From contig CAWHXP010000020.1 in the NCBI GenBank assembly GCA_963833425.1, positions 1 to 64,000 of the forward strand: DNA of 64,000 bases, in the 5' to 3' direction. Position numbers and translations under genes: made by a program. The DNA is from an uncultured Methanosarcinaceae archaeon (GTDB lineage: Archaea; Halobacteriota; Methanosarcinia; Methanosarcinales; Methanosarcinaceae). The notes under the pieces are model-generated. The model was not told the DNA's origin, made no database searches, and saw nothing but the letters and a program-made list of their open reading frames with translations. How positions within the stretch are numbered: position 1 is the stretch's first letter; each line of letters opens with the position of its first letter. Below are positions 30,976-42,339 of the stretch, in pieces.

Positions 30976-32253
30976 ATGAAGGACCAATACACTAACAATC
31001 AGCCTGAAAGCATTTTTTTTCTGAGTGAAGTGATGAATACACACGCCATAGTCAACGGCAAAAAAATAGGAAAGCTTTTGGACCTTATCATAACTAACAT
31101 GGAGAAGGTGGCTGAGGTTACACACGCCGTTATAAGTCGACCATTCGGCTATCTGTCACTGATGGTACCATGGGACAATGTTATTTCATTAAGCGAAAAG
31201 AACATAACCATAGATCTCGATGACGTAGAAAAATACGCCTGCAAAGTACCTGAAGAATTTATCCTTCTTAAGGATTTCATTCTGGATAAGAAGATCCTCG
31301 ATTTGGAAGATGTAGAGGTTGAGGTTGTCTACGATATCAAAATGGTATTGATGAAGAACAAACTCTATATTACTGACGTAGACCCATCTAAAAATGCGCG
31401 TTATCGAAGGCTAGGTTTTGATAAATTTGCTAGTTTAATTCACAAGAAGAGTGACAAAAACAAAGATGAGCTTATTTCCTGGTCCTATGTTCAAGCTCTA
31501 CCCTCTCATATTGGAAGCTTTGACGGCGACGTGAAGTTAAAGGTATTGAAGGAAAAACTGAAATGTCTACCACCTGTGGACATCGTGGAGATTCTTGAGG
31601 AGCTGGATCACGGGCAGAGGTTGAATGTTATAAATCATCTCGAGGCAGAGCACGCTTCTGATACCTTAGAACAGATTAACCCGAATATGCAAAGGGAGAT
31701 TATTTCCTCTCTGCAGAAAGAGAAAGTTGCAGACTTGATAGATAGAATGACGCCGGGTCAGGCAGTTGATGTACTGTCTGTGCTGACTCAGGAGGATCAA
31801 GCAACGATAATGGAACTAATGGACAAAAGAAATATCGATAAGATAACGCCTATCCTTAAGAAGCGACAGGATACGGTACTTAACCTCATAACTGAGAGAT
31901 ATCTGAAAGCTAAGCCTGACGAAACAGTAGAGACAGTGCAGAACGGGTACATCAACATAGCAAAAGGCAAAGACGAAATTATGTATATCCATATCATAGA
32001 TAAAGGTAATAACCTATTGGGTATGATCGATATAAAAGAGCTCCTTCAGGCGGATAATAAAGCACTCTTGAAAGATATCATGAATAAGAATGTTATAACC
32101 TTGAAGAAAGATAGCATTATTGATGAAGCCACGAAGATGTTTTCCAAATATGGCTTAGGGTCACTTCCAGTGATAGACAATGATAATAAAATAGTCGGAG
32201 TTGTCAGGCAAAGAGATGTTGCGAAGCTAACACTCCATTTCATGGGAGATTAA
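30976..32253 (+). CDS. MgtE N-terminal/CBS-domain protein with PRC-barrel-like region (no TM domain)
   Basis: LPPVDIVEILEEL, MTPGQAVDVL, tandem CBS (LPVIDNDNKIVGVV). Confidence 0.8.
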   Translation: MKDQYTNNQPESIFFLSEVMNTHAIVNGKKIGKLLDLIITNMEKVAEVTHAVISRPFGYLSLMVPWDNVISLSEKNITIDLDDVEKYACKVPEEFILLKDFILDKKILDLEDVEVEVVYDIKMVLMKNKLYITDVDPSKNARYRRLGFDKFASLIHKKSDKNKDELISWSYVQALPSHIGSFDGDVKLKVLKEKLKCLPPVDIVEILEELDHGQRLNVINHLEAEHASDTLEQINPNMQREIISSLQKEKVADLIDRMTPGQAVDVLSVLTQEDQATIMELMDKRNIDKITPILKKRQDTVLNLITERYLKAKPDETVETVQNGYINIAKGKDEIMYIHIIDKGNNLLGMIDIKELLQADNKALLKDIMNKNVITLKKDSIIDEATKMFSKYGLGSLPVIDNDNKIVGVVRQRDVAKLTLHFMGD

Positions 32254-32576
32254 TTCTAAAAAAACAGAGAGTATCGAACCGTTTAAGGTTAAGCTTTATT
32301 TTACTGTGAATAAGAGACAATTACAACGGAGCATCTAAGAAAGTTAAATGTAGATGCTAAGATCAGCCGGATCAGCTAACCTAATAAAATGATTTTTGAT
32401 CTTTAAATAGATAGTATTGTTTTTTTGTAATCCAGTCAAATTTAGTAGAAGCCTAATTCCTGGCTGAAGATTTAATTTTAGATCTAAATAAAAATTTGAT
32501 TCAATTATCATGGAAAATAATAAGACCAATAGAATTTGTAGTAAATTAGTCAACTTTCCAGTCAAATATCTACGAT

Positions 32577-32966
32577 TTACCCATGATTAATTTCGGTCTC
32601 AATCTGCAGGAGCCAAACTTTTGCTTCTTTATTACCATCCTTATCGGTCATAGTGCAACCCAATTCATGAATAACACCAAGTTGTTGATCAAACTCAGCT
32701 ATTTGCTCTTGCATTGTCTTTTCGTATGATATGAAATATCTATGTTTACCTGTTTTATCAAAAAATACCGGAGTACACAAAAAAGAATGTTTCTCGATTG
32801 ATGGGTCACAATCTTCAATAAGTGCACTTGCGACTTTCCAAAGCTGTAACGTACCTTCTTCCCATTTACACGGACGATCTTGGAGATAATCTTCTTTTAA
32901 TTCTGGCATTATTTGCAACGCAGTTTTTGGATCAATTTCTTGTCTGTAGCTATCAATGAAACTCAT
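32577..32966 (-). CDS. Hypothetical protein of integrated element
   Basis: 129-aa ORF starting 1 bp after the upstream ORF stop, RBS AGGAG. Confidence 0.65.
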   Translation of the reverse strand: MSFIDSYRQEIDPKTALQIMPELKEDYLQDRPCKWEEGTLQLWKVASALIEDCDPSIEKHSFLCTPVFFDKTGKHRYFISYEKTMQEQIAEFDQQLGVIHELGCTMTDKDGNKEAKVWLLQIETEINHG

Positions 32967-32967
32967 T

Positions 32968-33201
32968 TTACTCTCCTTTCACTTTCTGCCAACCATAACC
33001 GTCGCCTTCAATTTCTATTTTCTTTACTTTACCTTCATTTACAAGCTTATAAAGCATGTTTTTAGCAGTGGATCTGCTGCATCCTACTAAACTCATAATA
33101 GTCGCAGTGGACTTGATACTGTCAATTGAAAGAGCACTTAGGAACATATCTTCTGTAAACTTCTGTTGAAATCTTGTTTTACCACCTTTCATATTATCCA
33201 A
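32968..33201 (-). CDS. Small winged-helix DNA-binding protein
   Basis: STATIMSLVGCSRSTAKNMLYKLVNEGKVKK..YGW wHTH pattern. Confidence 0.65.
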   Translation of the reverse strand: MDNMKGGKTRFQQKFTEDMFLSALSIDSIKSTATIMSLVGCSRSTAKNMLYKLVNEGKVKKIEIEGDGYGWQKVKGE

Positions 33202-33449
33202 TCTAGCAGCCCATAATTTTTCAAGAAACTACGCTACTGTATACTATTTATTAGTATTTATACTTTATTATCACTTATTAATGGTAATGGTTATTGATAA
33301 TATTTTGATGCTTGAATAGCTGGTTATGTAGAAAATTTTGATGGAAGAAGTTTAACCGTGGAAATTTTAAAAATAGAACAGACAAAAATGTGATATTCAG
33401 GCTAACTCTGTTCGTTATGTATATTCCATATTAGAAGCAAGTCTTCCAC

Positions 33450-33752
33450 TATTATATTCCCCAAAGTTCCCAATTATTCCTGTTATTTTTCCATTATATT
33501 CCCATTAAAAATAATATAAAAACAATAACAGGGGAATTAAAATCATAATAAAAAGGGGAATTATGTTCCCAAAATAAAAAAATGATATATGATATTTTAA
33601 AGTAATAGCCGAAATATTAGAATGTCAAAAAGTGTAATTTTCTATTTCTCTCTTGCATTTTCGGGTTTTTGGGAACAAAATGTCAACTGATTACGTTTCA
33701 ATGGGAATAAAACGGGAATATTTTGGGATAAATGGGAATTTTAGGGGAATAA
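33450..33752. repeat. Candidate replication origin: inverted arrays of TTCCC/GGGAA iterons around an AT-rich core
   Basis: Five TTCC(C) at ~10-11 bp spacing (33456-33503), five GGGA(A) (33702-33750); inner perfect IR TGTTCCCAAAA/TTTTGGGAACA. Confidence 0.65.
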
Positions 33753-33778
33753 AAGGATCAGTTGACTTCATACCCTAA

Positions 33779-36027
33779 TCAGGCATCCTTCAGGAAGATA
33801 AACTCCTTATCAAATAGTGACCAGAAATTGAACTTTGAGTTATCTATACTGAATTTAAAAGCCTTCCTGCCACTACTGCTTATCAAGGTATCTCCTGCCC
33901 TTTTGTAGTCTATATCAGTTTCTTCGTCCATTTTTAACTCTTTGATCTTGTCAAGAAGCCCACCCACTTCCCTATCTTTTCTTCCAAATAGAGCGCGTTT
34001 AACGGATTGGTAATTAATGCCTGTGTAACTCGATATATCATTAATTGTGCATTTCCCTTTACTCGCTATATATTGGATTATCCGTCTCTCATTTTCGTTA
34101 ATTTTTGTTACTGTGTTCTCTTTTTGAGCTTCAAATAACCTTTTTGCCCTTTCGAAGTCTTCAATCTCAGCTAGTAAATATCCACCGTCGTCAAAGATTC
34201 TCTGCTCCCATTTGAAGGCAGCAAAACCGCGAATCATATCAAGGAACATTGGAAATATGCGTGAATTATTCATATCATGTAGATTTATCCTATCCACAAA
34301 GGGTATTTTAACATTAAATAAATTCTGTTTAAGTTTTCCAAACATTCGTCTACATATAAGTACTTCAGTGTTTATTTCCTGCCCGTTCCCACCATTCGCA
34401 GCTTCGTGTTTCTGCGCATCAAATATCCTTTTTTTCTGCTCGGGATTGCTGTCTGCATCAAAGGTGAGTTGACGCTTTGATAATTGATCTGATACAAAGC
34501 TTTCCACATTCGTTAAGTACCAATTTATACGGGGTGGAATTACCAGAGATATTTGTTTTTGATCTTTAACGGTTGTGTAGTAAGTTTCTTCCTGAAAGTT
34601 TGTTGTAGCTTGTTTTATGACTTCTTCAAATGCAGGGTCAGGATCCTTGTCATCCGAAAAAATAATGATACCTGGAGCTAAATTCATGTAGTAAGCAGCC
34701 TTCGCGCTTAATCCGGTTACACGTTTCCATTTTTTGGGAATTAAATGTAGATGTGTTTTTATTCCGTGTGATTTACCAGAGCCTGAAGCTCCATTTACTG
34801 ATATTTGCAAGCCTGCAGTATTAAGACAACACTGACAGGCTATTGAGACACATATCGCTTCTTGTGTATCTTCGGTCCCCTATATGCTTTTTTGCGATTG
34901 TGTTCAATATATAGTCTATCGGGTCGCCTTCTCTCAATACCCGATCTGATTCTTCATCTGCATGCTGGATAAGTTCTGGGCTAAGGTCCATTTCATCATA
35001 GTCTATGTTTAGGGGATTATCTTTTTGAACTTCTTGTTCGGATTTCTTCTGGCTATATATCTGTTTATTCTGGCCTCTGAAAGTGCAATTATCACATTTT
35101 GAGTTAAGGTCATCAGCAAGTGTAATGCTTCCTAACTCTCTCTGGATAGTTTCACATTTCCAAGGGCTTTTTATTTTGCATCCGTCTCCACCTAGTTCAG
35201 AATCACTTTGTGACTGTGTGTAATCATCTCTAAAAAGGTATTTACAGGCAAGGTGTAAAATTTCAGGGTCTGCACCATTAGCCTTCATATCTGCCATAAG
35301 TGCCAGAGTTAACTGTCTGCCTGTGCTGGTATGCAATTCTGTGATATTCGGACTTTCTTGATGGGCTTTGAATTTTTCACGTAGACAGGGCTTGCACTTT
35401 TGCAAAATCACTTTTAACTTATTATTGGTTCCAAATAGGGCTATAAGCCTGTTTATGAGTTTTTCAGGCATTTCTGGGGCATCTTCAAGTGTCCTGATTT
35501 CCCTATTAAATGAGTAAATCTGCCCGTTTTTATGCTTGCTTGGGGGTAGGACTGCATTATTGCCATTTGTTAAAATTTCTATGCCTAAATCGTGATGTTT
35601 TTTGAGCTTTCAGAGCTTCGGTGTATTTAAAGAAGATATGTCCCCGGTTCGTTGTCCTTTTCGACATCAACCAATTATCTGTGTTTAATCCAGCTGTGAG
35701 TTCGTTCCATATTGCAGGATTCCAGTCGTCCAGATCGATTAGAATAAGACCTGATCTTTTCCCGCATTGCAAGCCAATGTTTGCATTCTCAAAGTAAAAA
35801 CTCCTACTAGATCCCCAATATTTTTCTATTTCTCTTTCCGTTAAGGCACTTTCCCTTTTTTGCCAGTCATTTACCAAAACTCCTTTACCTGGGCTCTGTT
35901 TTCCCCCTGTTTTAGGGTTTATCTCAGGTGCATTGGGATTTATCAAAGGATGTACTATCATTCCTAACCTTGTGTAATTTAATGCAGCTTCAAGCATTGT
36001 AGGTTCAGAACTCATCTTTTCAGCCAT
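33779..36027 (-). pseudogene. Bifunctional primase-polymerase + Cys-rich linker + P-loop helicase/ATPase + wHTH, split by two frameshifts
   Basis: NIGLQCG..LILIDLD, RGHIFF, NAVLPPSKH (prim-pol); GASGSGKS Walker A; shifts near 35600 and 34875 join the three ORFs. Confidence 0.8.
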
Positions 36028-36747
36028 CCTTCAAACTGTAGATCCGTAACCGATACATTGGAAAAGGACTGATCAGGTGCTCGTTTTAAATTTATGAAAT
36101 GCCTGATGTTTTGTCTACTTCTTTCAGAATAAACCATATCAAGAGAATCAAAATTCATTCATCCTCTATCCTGTTGCTCTTCCCAACATCTCTTAGGTTC
36201 CATATGGAATTCATAGAGATGATGAGTCGTAGGTCTCTGCCTACTACTAAAAAAATATTCCAGATCGGAGAAACTTGGCATCAAAATCCCACTCCCAAGC
36301 GACAAGATCTCGTAATATCTGCTCTCGAGCAATTCTCTGGTTCTTCTGGAAGACGCCACGGGTTATAAGTATCGGTATGTCTAGAACAACTCTGTCTATG
36401 CCAATAATAAAACAAATTATTAATTTGACTAAGCACCTTGTCTCTGTGTCCATCTGCGGATGTGACGAGAGAATTGTAAGTAATTTGAAATCTGGTACTA
36501 TCAAAATTGTGATAAAAAACACTAATACCACTTTGTTTATACGCAGAATATTTCATGGGTTTTATTCCCCCTTGAATTCGAAGAGAACAACAGAACCCTT
36601 AGCATCAGAACCATCATTTGAATAAGATATTATTATTAACTATGAAAGTATAATTAATAATAGTTCAGTCATTGGAGATGACGATCTGAATTGCCTAGGA
36701 CAGGGCTCAATCTGTCCTGGGCTCAAATCTCTCAATTTTTGTTACCT

Positions 36748-37152
36748 TTATTCATTTTCTCTAGGTCGTTCACCGGAAATCTTCAATGCATTATCTCCAA
36801 GCATCTCGATTTTCACAGAATCCCCTTCTTGGAAAATATTATGCACTGTCTTACCCTCGAGTAACACTTTGAGAATGTCTAAGGATTCAAATTCTTCTGC
36901 ACTTTTAGTGACCAAATCTGATAATGTAGCCACTTTTAGTGTTTTAGAACTAAGTGCTGCAAACATTTTAGGCTCCCGAAGAACGTTTATTTGAGATAAA
37001 TAATTGTCTAATATTTCATACAATGATATTAGTACTTCATCTATATGCCTAAAACTGGCATCAGTTATTTCAAGCATATATTCGTCCGATAACGAATTCA
37101 AATTTTCTTTACACCGAATAGCTAAATCTTTTTTATAATTCATAGTAATCAC
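36748..37152 (-). CDS. Hypothetical protein of integrated element
   Basis: 134-aa ORF with AGGTGA RBS ahead of ATG near 37143. Confidence 0.6.
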   Translation of the reverse strand: MITMNYKKDLAIRCKENLNSLSDEYMLEITDASFRHIDEVLISLYEILDNYLSQINVLREPKMFAALSSKTLKVATLSDLVTKSAEEFESLDILKVLLEGKTVHNIFQEGDSVKIEMLGDNALKISGERPRENE

Positions 37153-37269
37153 CTTACAAAATTATCCATATTTTCGAATTTGTTGAATTAGATGTCCTTA
37201 GGCTGTACATGCAACCGTTAGTTGCAGAGCTAAAAAAGGAAATTATATTTAGCATGTAGACTATGTTAT

Positions 37270-37575
37270 TCATGATGCGTAACTTCTCATTTCTGGGTCG
37301 CTCTGTTCTTGTGGGTCACTCGCGATGAAAGTAGGCGTCTGTATGGGTGTTTTGCAAACTTTCCGACTGCTTGGCCGCGACGGTATTTGCGAAACGCCTT
37401 TAGCAACACTTTTAATTAATATAGCCTGTGCCTGTTCATACACATTTCCACACTTAATTCTATAGTCAATTAAGTCAGAGAATTCTGTATAAAATTTTTT
37501 AAACATTTCTATCGTTTCTGGTTTTAGATCGTTCATTTGCTTCTCTCTCCCAGATGCATTACATTTTTTGAACAT
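37270..37575 (-). CDS. Hypothetical protein of integrated element
   Basis: ORF co-oriented in the operon; GGAGAG RBS before internal MNDLK. Confidence 0.5.
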   Translation of the reverse strand: MFKKCNASGREKQMNDLKPETIEMFKKFYTEFSDLIDYRIKCGNVYEQAQAILIKSVAKGVSQIPSRPSSRKVCKTPIQTPTFIASDPQEQSDPEMRSYAS

Positions 37576-37601
37576 GCAGCTATCGAACTCTCTTGTGTAG
37601 T

Positions 37602-37781
37602 TTAATAGACGATATTTTCATGGCACGTATCACCTGCTATAATTCTAAGTTGATTTTCACTGTCCATCTCTATCATCACACTTTTCACATCTGAATCCCA
37701 CGATTTCATCCAAATCATCGGTAGAGCTATCATAAAGCTTCCTCCCTGTTTTATCACAGTTCTTTTCCCGAATTTAAACAT
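37602..37781 (-). CDS. AbrB/MazE-like DNA-binding protein
   Basis: MFKFGKRTVIKQGGSFMIALPMIW swapped-hairpin signature; RBS AGGTGA. Confidence 0.7.
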   Translation of the reverse strand: MFKFGKRTVIKQGGSFMIALPMIWMKSWDSDVKSVMIEMDSENQLRIIAGDTCHENIVY

Positions 37782-37980
37782 GATTTCACCTTTATGTGCT
37801 AGCCTGTTGATTTGCTGTAAAGAGAAATCCCAAGAAGCTAAGGAAAAATGCCACATCGGGCTAGCAAATAATGCAGAGTATGCAAAAATTTGATTTTATC
37901 TTTATAGCCAATTCGCGAGACTTTCAATTATTACTATTGTAGCACAAATCTAATAGAGGTTAGACATTTATATTTATTTT

Positions 37981-38075
37981 TAATCGACAATAATTAAAAA
38001 ATCAGCGATAATTGACAATAATTAAAAAACTTGACGATAATCGACAATAATTAAAAAATTGGCGTGAATCAACAA
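37981..38075. repeat. Three 28-29 bp tandem repeats plus a partial fourth
   Basis: TAATYGACAATAATTAAAAAA core at 37981, 38009, 38038; partial 38066; inverted TTGTCGA at 38087. Confidence 0.85.
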
Positions 38076-38152
38076 AAGATCACAATTTGTCGAGTATTAA
38101 ATTTATTATTTATAGATATATTCTAATATGAATTAGAACTAGCTATTATGGT

Positions 38153-39172
38153 ATGCAACGAGATAATCTGCAAGTAGAAACGACTGCAGAACGAATTTTA
38201 GGCAGTTTGTTAGAGTCTTATAAAACGACTGCAGAACTAGCAACCGAACTAGGTTATGTCAATCAAGCAGGCAATGCACGTTACAATATGATTTATAGAG
38301 CTTTAAAACAACTTAAAAAAAACGGTTATGTTGAAGGTTATAAAGTAAAATTAGGAAAATATGGAAACGATCCGACATTATATTCAATAGGTTTCAATAT
38401 TCAGAATCTAACTTACATATTGGAAGAATATCCAGGCTTAATATCAAAAATGCAAAAAAATGATTCAATTTGTGAGAATATATTCCGCGAGCATTTGGAT
38501 TTAATTTATGATTCAAGTAAGAAGGATGGGGATGAATATGCAGAAGTGACACTTTTTGAAAAAATAGAAACATCATTTAAAAAAAAATTGCAGTTATCAT
38601 ATGAATTTTTCAGACTTTTCTTGACTACTGACAAAAATAAATTGATTAATAACATTAAAAAACATAATGGATTTTTAGAGAATAAGGTATGCATGACGAA
38701 TCGTAAATCTGATCCGGATCCGAATAAATTGATAGAAATCGATAGAATAACCTTCGACATCGATAAAATATTCAGATTATGTGTTTGGAGGGATACATCT
38801 AAAGGACAAATGTGTATAGAAGGTGTAAACTACTTAGCACAAATGAAATGCGAACTATCATGTGAAGAAGAGCAAGAAGAATATATCGAGTACTTACGAA
38901 TAGAAACAAGATTCTCAGATTTACAAATCAAAAAATTAAGACAGGAAGTCATAAAATACTTGAACCAAATAAAAAACGAAATAGCAGATGCAGACAGTGA
39001 GAAATTAAAAGAAATAGTTGCCCATATTTGGTTTTTAAGATTCGTACTCATAAACTACATAATAAAAACAAAAAACGAAATGTCGGATGCAGAAATTACG
39101 AAATTAATAAACTCTGATGATAAATATAATATTGAAACAGATTTGTTAACTCTTTTGTACGAGAACACCTGA
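38153..39172 (+). CDS. Winged-helix regulator-like protein, divergent from the replication operon
   Basis: KTTAELATELGY..YNMIYRALKQLKKNGYV..PTLY N-terminal wHTH. Confidence 0.7.
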   Translation: MQRDNLQVETTAERILGSLLESYKTTAELATELGYVNQAGNARYNMIYRALKQLKKNGYVEGYKVKLGKYGNDPTLYSIGFNIQNLTYILEEYPGLISKMQKNDSICENIFREHLDLIYDSSKKDGDEYAEVTLFEKIETSFKKKLQLSYEFFRLFLTTDKNKLINNIKKHNGFLENKVCMTNRKSDPDPNKLIEIDRITFDIDKIFRLCVWRDTSKGQMCIEGVNYLAQMKCELSCEEEQEEYIEYLRIETRFSDLQIKKLRQEVIKYLNQIKNEIADADSEKLKEIVAHIWFLRFVLINYIIKTKNEMSDAEITKLINSDDKYNIETDLLTLLYENT

Positions 39173-39429
39173 TTAGAATAAATTAATTCCCATTAAAAAT
39201 TTCAAAGTTAACGGGATAATAGTCTTTGAATACAGGTTAACATAACAACTTATTGAATATTTCTCCATTTACTCGACTATTGCGCTACCGCATTCTAAAA
39301 ATAAGGAGATATGCGCTTTAATACATTTTGGATAAGCGATCTTTTTATTCTATCTGATTAGCTTTGTTTAATATATTAATACATGTATTCAATAACCATA
39401 AATAAATAATAACATTTTATGTTTAAATT

Positions 39430-40647
39430 TTAAGTTTGCTTGTTCAAGAGTTTTTTGACTTCGATGGCTATTTTCTCCAAAACTTTTGGGTCTACACTGG
39501 AAACTTCTAAGAAGGATAAATCTAGTTTTTCTTTATCTTTTTCTAGTTTTAGGGAGGTTGCTTGATCGAGAACCAGTGAACATTGGCTACAAAATTTATC
39601 ATCCGGTTTTAACACATTATTACACCGTGGGCATCTTTTAAGTGTAACGTGTCTTTTGTCTTCAGTTTTGAGCCCGTATTTCTCAAAAATACTATTGTTA
39701 ATTTCGTGATCTGTGAAATTTGCATAAATTTTGAACATTTGAGTACTGCCCCGACTCCAGCCCGCTCTGTGCTTAATTTCCTGCTCATTAAGACCATCTA
39801 AAATCCAGTTTGTTATAGCCATATGTCGTAGCAAATGTGGATATACATTTTTCTTGATGCCTACTTTCTCGGCTGTAGTCTTTATCATTTTTCGGATAGC
39901 TTTATAACTTACAGCTTCTTTATTTTTGTTAAGAGTAATCCATAAGGGAGCTTCTGGATCTTCGTGAAAAGGATGAACTGCAAGCCACTGATTCAAATAT
40001 CCAGCGCTCCAAGTAAGTGGTAACCCTTTTGCTGATGTAGTCTTGTTAACTCCCATTTTTGAAAGGTAAATCATCGCCCCATATTGGTTAAAACTCACAT
40101 TTTTAACCCTACAGGATGCCAGAGCTCCCACTCTCATTCCGCTATCTGCAAGAATTGCAATGATTGCTTTATCTCGTGGATGCCTACAGCCTTCAAGAAG
40201 GTGGGTGAACTCATCTTTGGTCAGTATGTCGGAAGGTTGCACAGGGCTTTCAACTGATTTTAGCTTAAGATCCATGACCCATTTAGGAGAGTTCCCACCT
40301 GTGGACCATCTGAAAAACTTTTTAATCAATTTTTTATAATTTCTGATAGTGTTAGAAGATAATTTTCTTTCATCTTCAAAGGAAATAAGCAATCTATCAA
40401 AAGTATCAGGATCCAACTCGTTCAAGGTTTCATTAAATCCCAGTTCTTGAAGTTGCTCGACCATCCAAGTTGTATAGTATAGGTACCATACTAGTGTTGT
40501 TTTCGCAGCTCCTTCTCGTCGAAGAGCAATTGAAAAATTTTCAATTAATGCTTTGTTTTCTTTTCCAATCTCTGCATTTTCCAATCTCTGTTTTGCTTTT
40601 AAGTAACCAACATCAATACAATGAACATCATCAACCGATTTAGTCAT
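39430..40647 (-). CDS. Tyrosine recombinase/integrase with C-terminal zinc ribbon
   Basis: SGMRVG (R), HLLRH (HxxR), AGW, KIY (Tyr); CPRC..CSQC. Confidence 0.92.
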   Translation of the reverse strand: MTKSVDDVHCIDVGYLKAKQRLENAEIGKENKALIENFSIALRREGAAKTTLVWYLYYTTWMVEQLQELGFNETLNELDPDTFDRLLISFEDERKLSSNTIRNYKKLIKKFFRWSTGGNSPKWVMDLKLKSVESPVQPSDILTKDEFTHLLEGCRHPRDKAIIAILADSGMRVGALASCRVKNVSFNQYGAMIYLSKMGVNKTTSAKGLPLTWSAGYLNQWLAVHPFHEDPEAPLWITLNKNKEAVSYKAIRKMIKTTAEKVGIKKNVYPHLLRHMAITNWILDGLNEQEIKHRAGWSRGSTQMFKIYANFTDHEINNSIFEKYGLKTEDKRHVTLKRCPRCNNVLKPDDKFCSQCSLVLDQATSLKLEKDKEKLDLSFLEVSSVDPKVLEKIAIEVKKLLNKQT

Positions 40648-40782
40648 GTATATCTAACATATATTTAGGACTATAAACTTTTGGATTATAGACCAAATAG
40701 ATAAATAAACTTTAACAGAAACAAACAAGTATACTGACAAATTCAAAGAGCAAATTCAAGAGTTGAATTTTTAGCAAATCAT

Positions 40783-40810
40783 AGCGTGGAAAGAGAGATT
40801 TGAATCCTCA
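40783..40810 (-). other. Degenerate tRNA 3'-end-like fragment (possible att scar)
   Basis: Reverse complement TGAGGATTCAAATCTCTCTTTCCACGCT resembles a T-arm plus acceptor strand. Confidence 0.4.
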
Positions 40811-42028
40811 ATCATTTAAGGAAGTGAATAGAATCCACTTTATCTAAACCCACAAAAAAGGAAAGTGCGATAATAATCCAAAAACAAAAGCAAAAAACTT
40901 GCTAGATACGTTTATAAAGCACCAGGAAAAAAATATTTAGGTCCCTTATAGATCTGAGAGCTTCATTGAAAGCAACCAGAAGGAAGCACATCAAAATAAT
41001 TAAATTACAGCAAATAAATGGTGAAAACTTTCAGAAAAACACAATTAGCTGTTGCTTTGCAGAACTAGAGTTTACATATCTACAATAAAATGGAGAATCT
41101 TTATAGTTAAATCGAAAATTTAAATAGGAAAATTTTCAACTATATGTTTCGAAAGGATAAAAATTAGATGGAAATTTAATGCCAGTTCTAAGTATTTGGA
41201 AAATTGATACAGCAATTCTAATTGCTGAAAATAGGCAATTTCAATGATTTTTCTTTAGAGATAAGCTTTTTCATAGCTTGAGTATTTCCAATATCAATCT
41301 GCTGATAAATCTACTACTGATGTATCACAAAAGAGTATCAAATTAGAAAGATGGATTCTAATACGGATTGTTTAGGTAAAGCCAGACCGAAAATTGCAAT
41401 TGAAAATGGTTTTTTAACCGGAGAATAAATAAATTGGACATGTGAAGATAATTAATATCGTAGCACGGAAAATTGAAACAACAATCTGGTACCTTTTGCA
41501 AATGATAAAATTTATGAAGATTAACGAGGAAACTAGAAGAGCTAAATTCAACAAAGGGAGATTATTGAGACATCTCTCTTTTTTGTTGATGGACGTATAT
41601 AAATAGTTAGTGGATTAAGCGTAATTTTGAGGAAAAAAATGATGGAGAGATATGTAAGAAGAATCTCAGATATTTTCATACCAAATTACTTCCGAATTAC
41701 TTAATAAAATTAAGTAGATAAAGAGATCTAATGTTTCATACTCGATAATAAGTATGTACATTAAATTAAGAAATCTACCCGCATAATGATCCCAAAATAG
41801 TTTTGTAGGGACTTGAATAATCTATATTTCATAAATCTAAAATATTGATTTTTCTATGGACAAGTACAAAAAAATAGTATTAAGATCTATGGATTAGGTT
41901 TTTTTTCTTGGGAATTATTTGGGATAGATTGTTAATAAATAAGAACAGTCATTCGGAACTACAGCTGATGAGAACTACTATTTTCGTGGATAGATTTATT
42001 TAAGGGGTAAGATAAAATAAGATTCATT

Positions 42029-42322
42029 ATGGCTAAGGTAAAGGTTAAGTTATTTGCAAATCTGCGTGAAGCTGCAGACACACACGAACTCCTACTTTCT
42101 GGAGAGAAAGCTTTCAACGTTCTGCTATCCCTCACGGAAAAATATCCAGTGTTAAAAAACCTTATTTTTGAGAAGATAGATGAAAAAAATGAAACTCTTA
42201 CTCTTTGTGGCTCCGTCAGTGTTCTTATCAATGGAAACAATGTTCGACACTTGGAAGGGCTTGATACCATCCTTACAGATTTAGATGAAATCGCAGTTCT
42301 TCCTCCTGTTTCAGGGGGCTGA
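42029..42322 (+). CDS. MoaD/SAMP ubiquitin-like protein
   Basis: VKLFANLRE...LINGNNVRHLEGLDT...PPVSGG terminal diglycine. Confidence 0.92.
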   Translation: MAKVKVKLFANLREAADTHELLLSGEKAFNVLLSLTEKYPVLKNLIFEKIDEKNETLTLCGSVSVLINGNNVRHLEGLDTILTDLDEIAVLPPVSGG

Positions 42323-42339
42323 TTTTTTCCAGGAGGAGT

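Larger units (their letters stand above)
32340..40810. mobile_element. Integrated capsid-less element (integrase, divergent regulators, prim-pol/helicase, origin candidate); left boundary uncertain
   Basis: Gene set and order; tRNA-3'-like remnant at the integrase end. Confidence 0.75.

Noticed and set aside
37981..38075. Mini-CRISPR
   Set aside because: Variable parts are only 7-8 bp and similar to each other; a plain tandem repeat.
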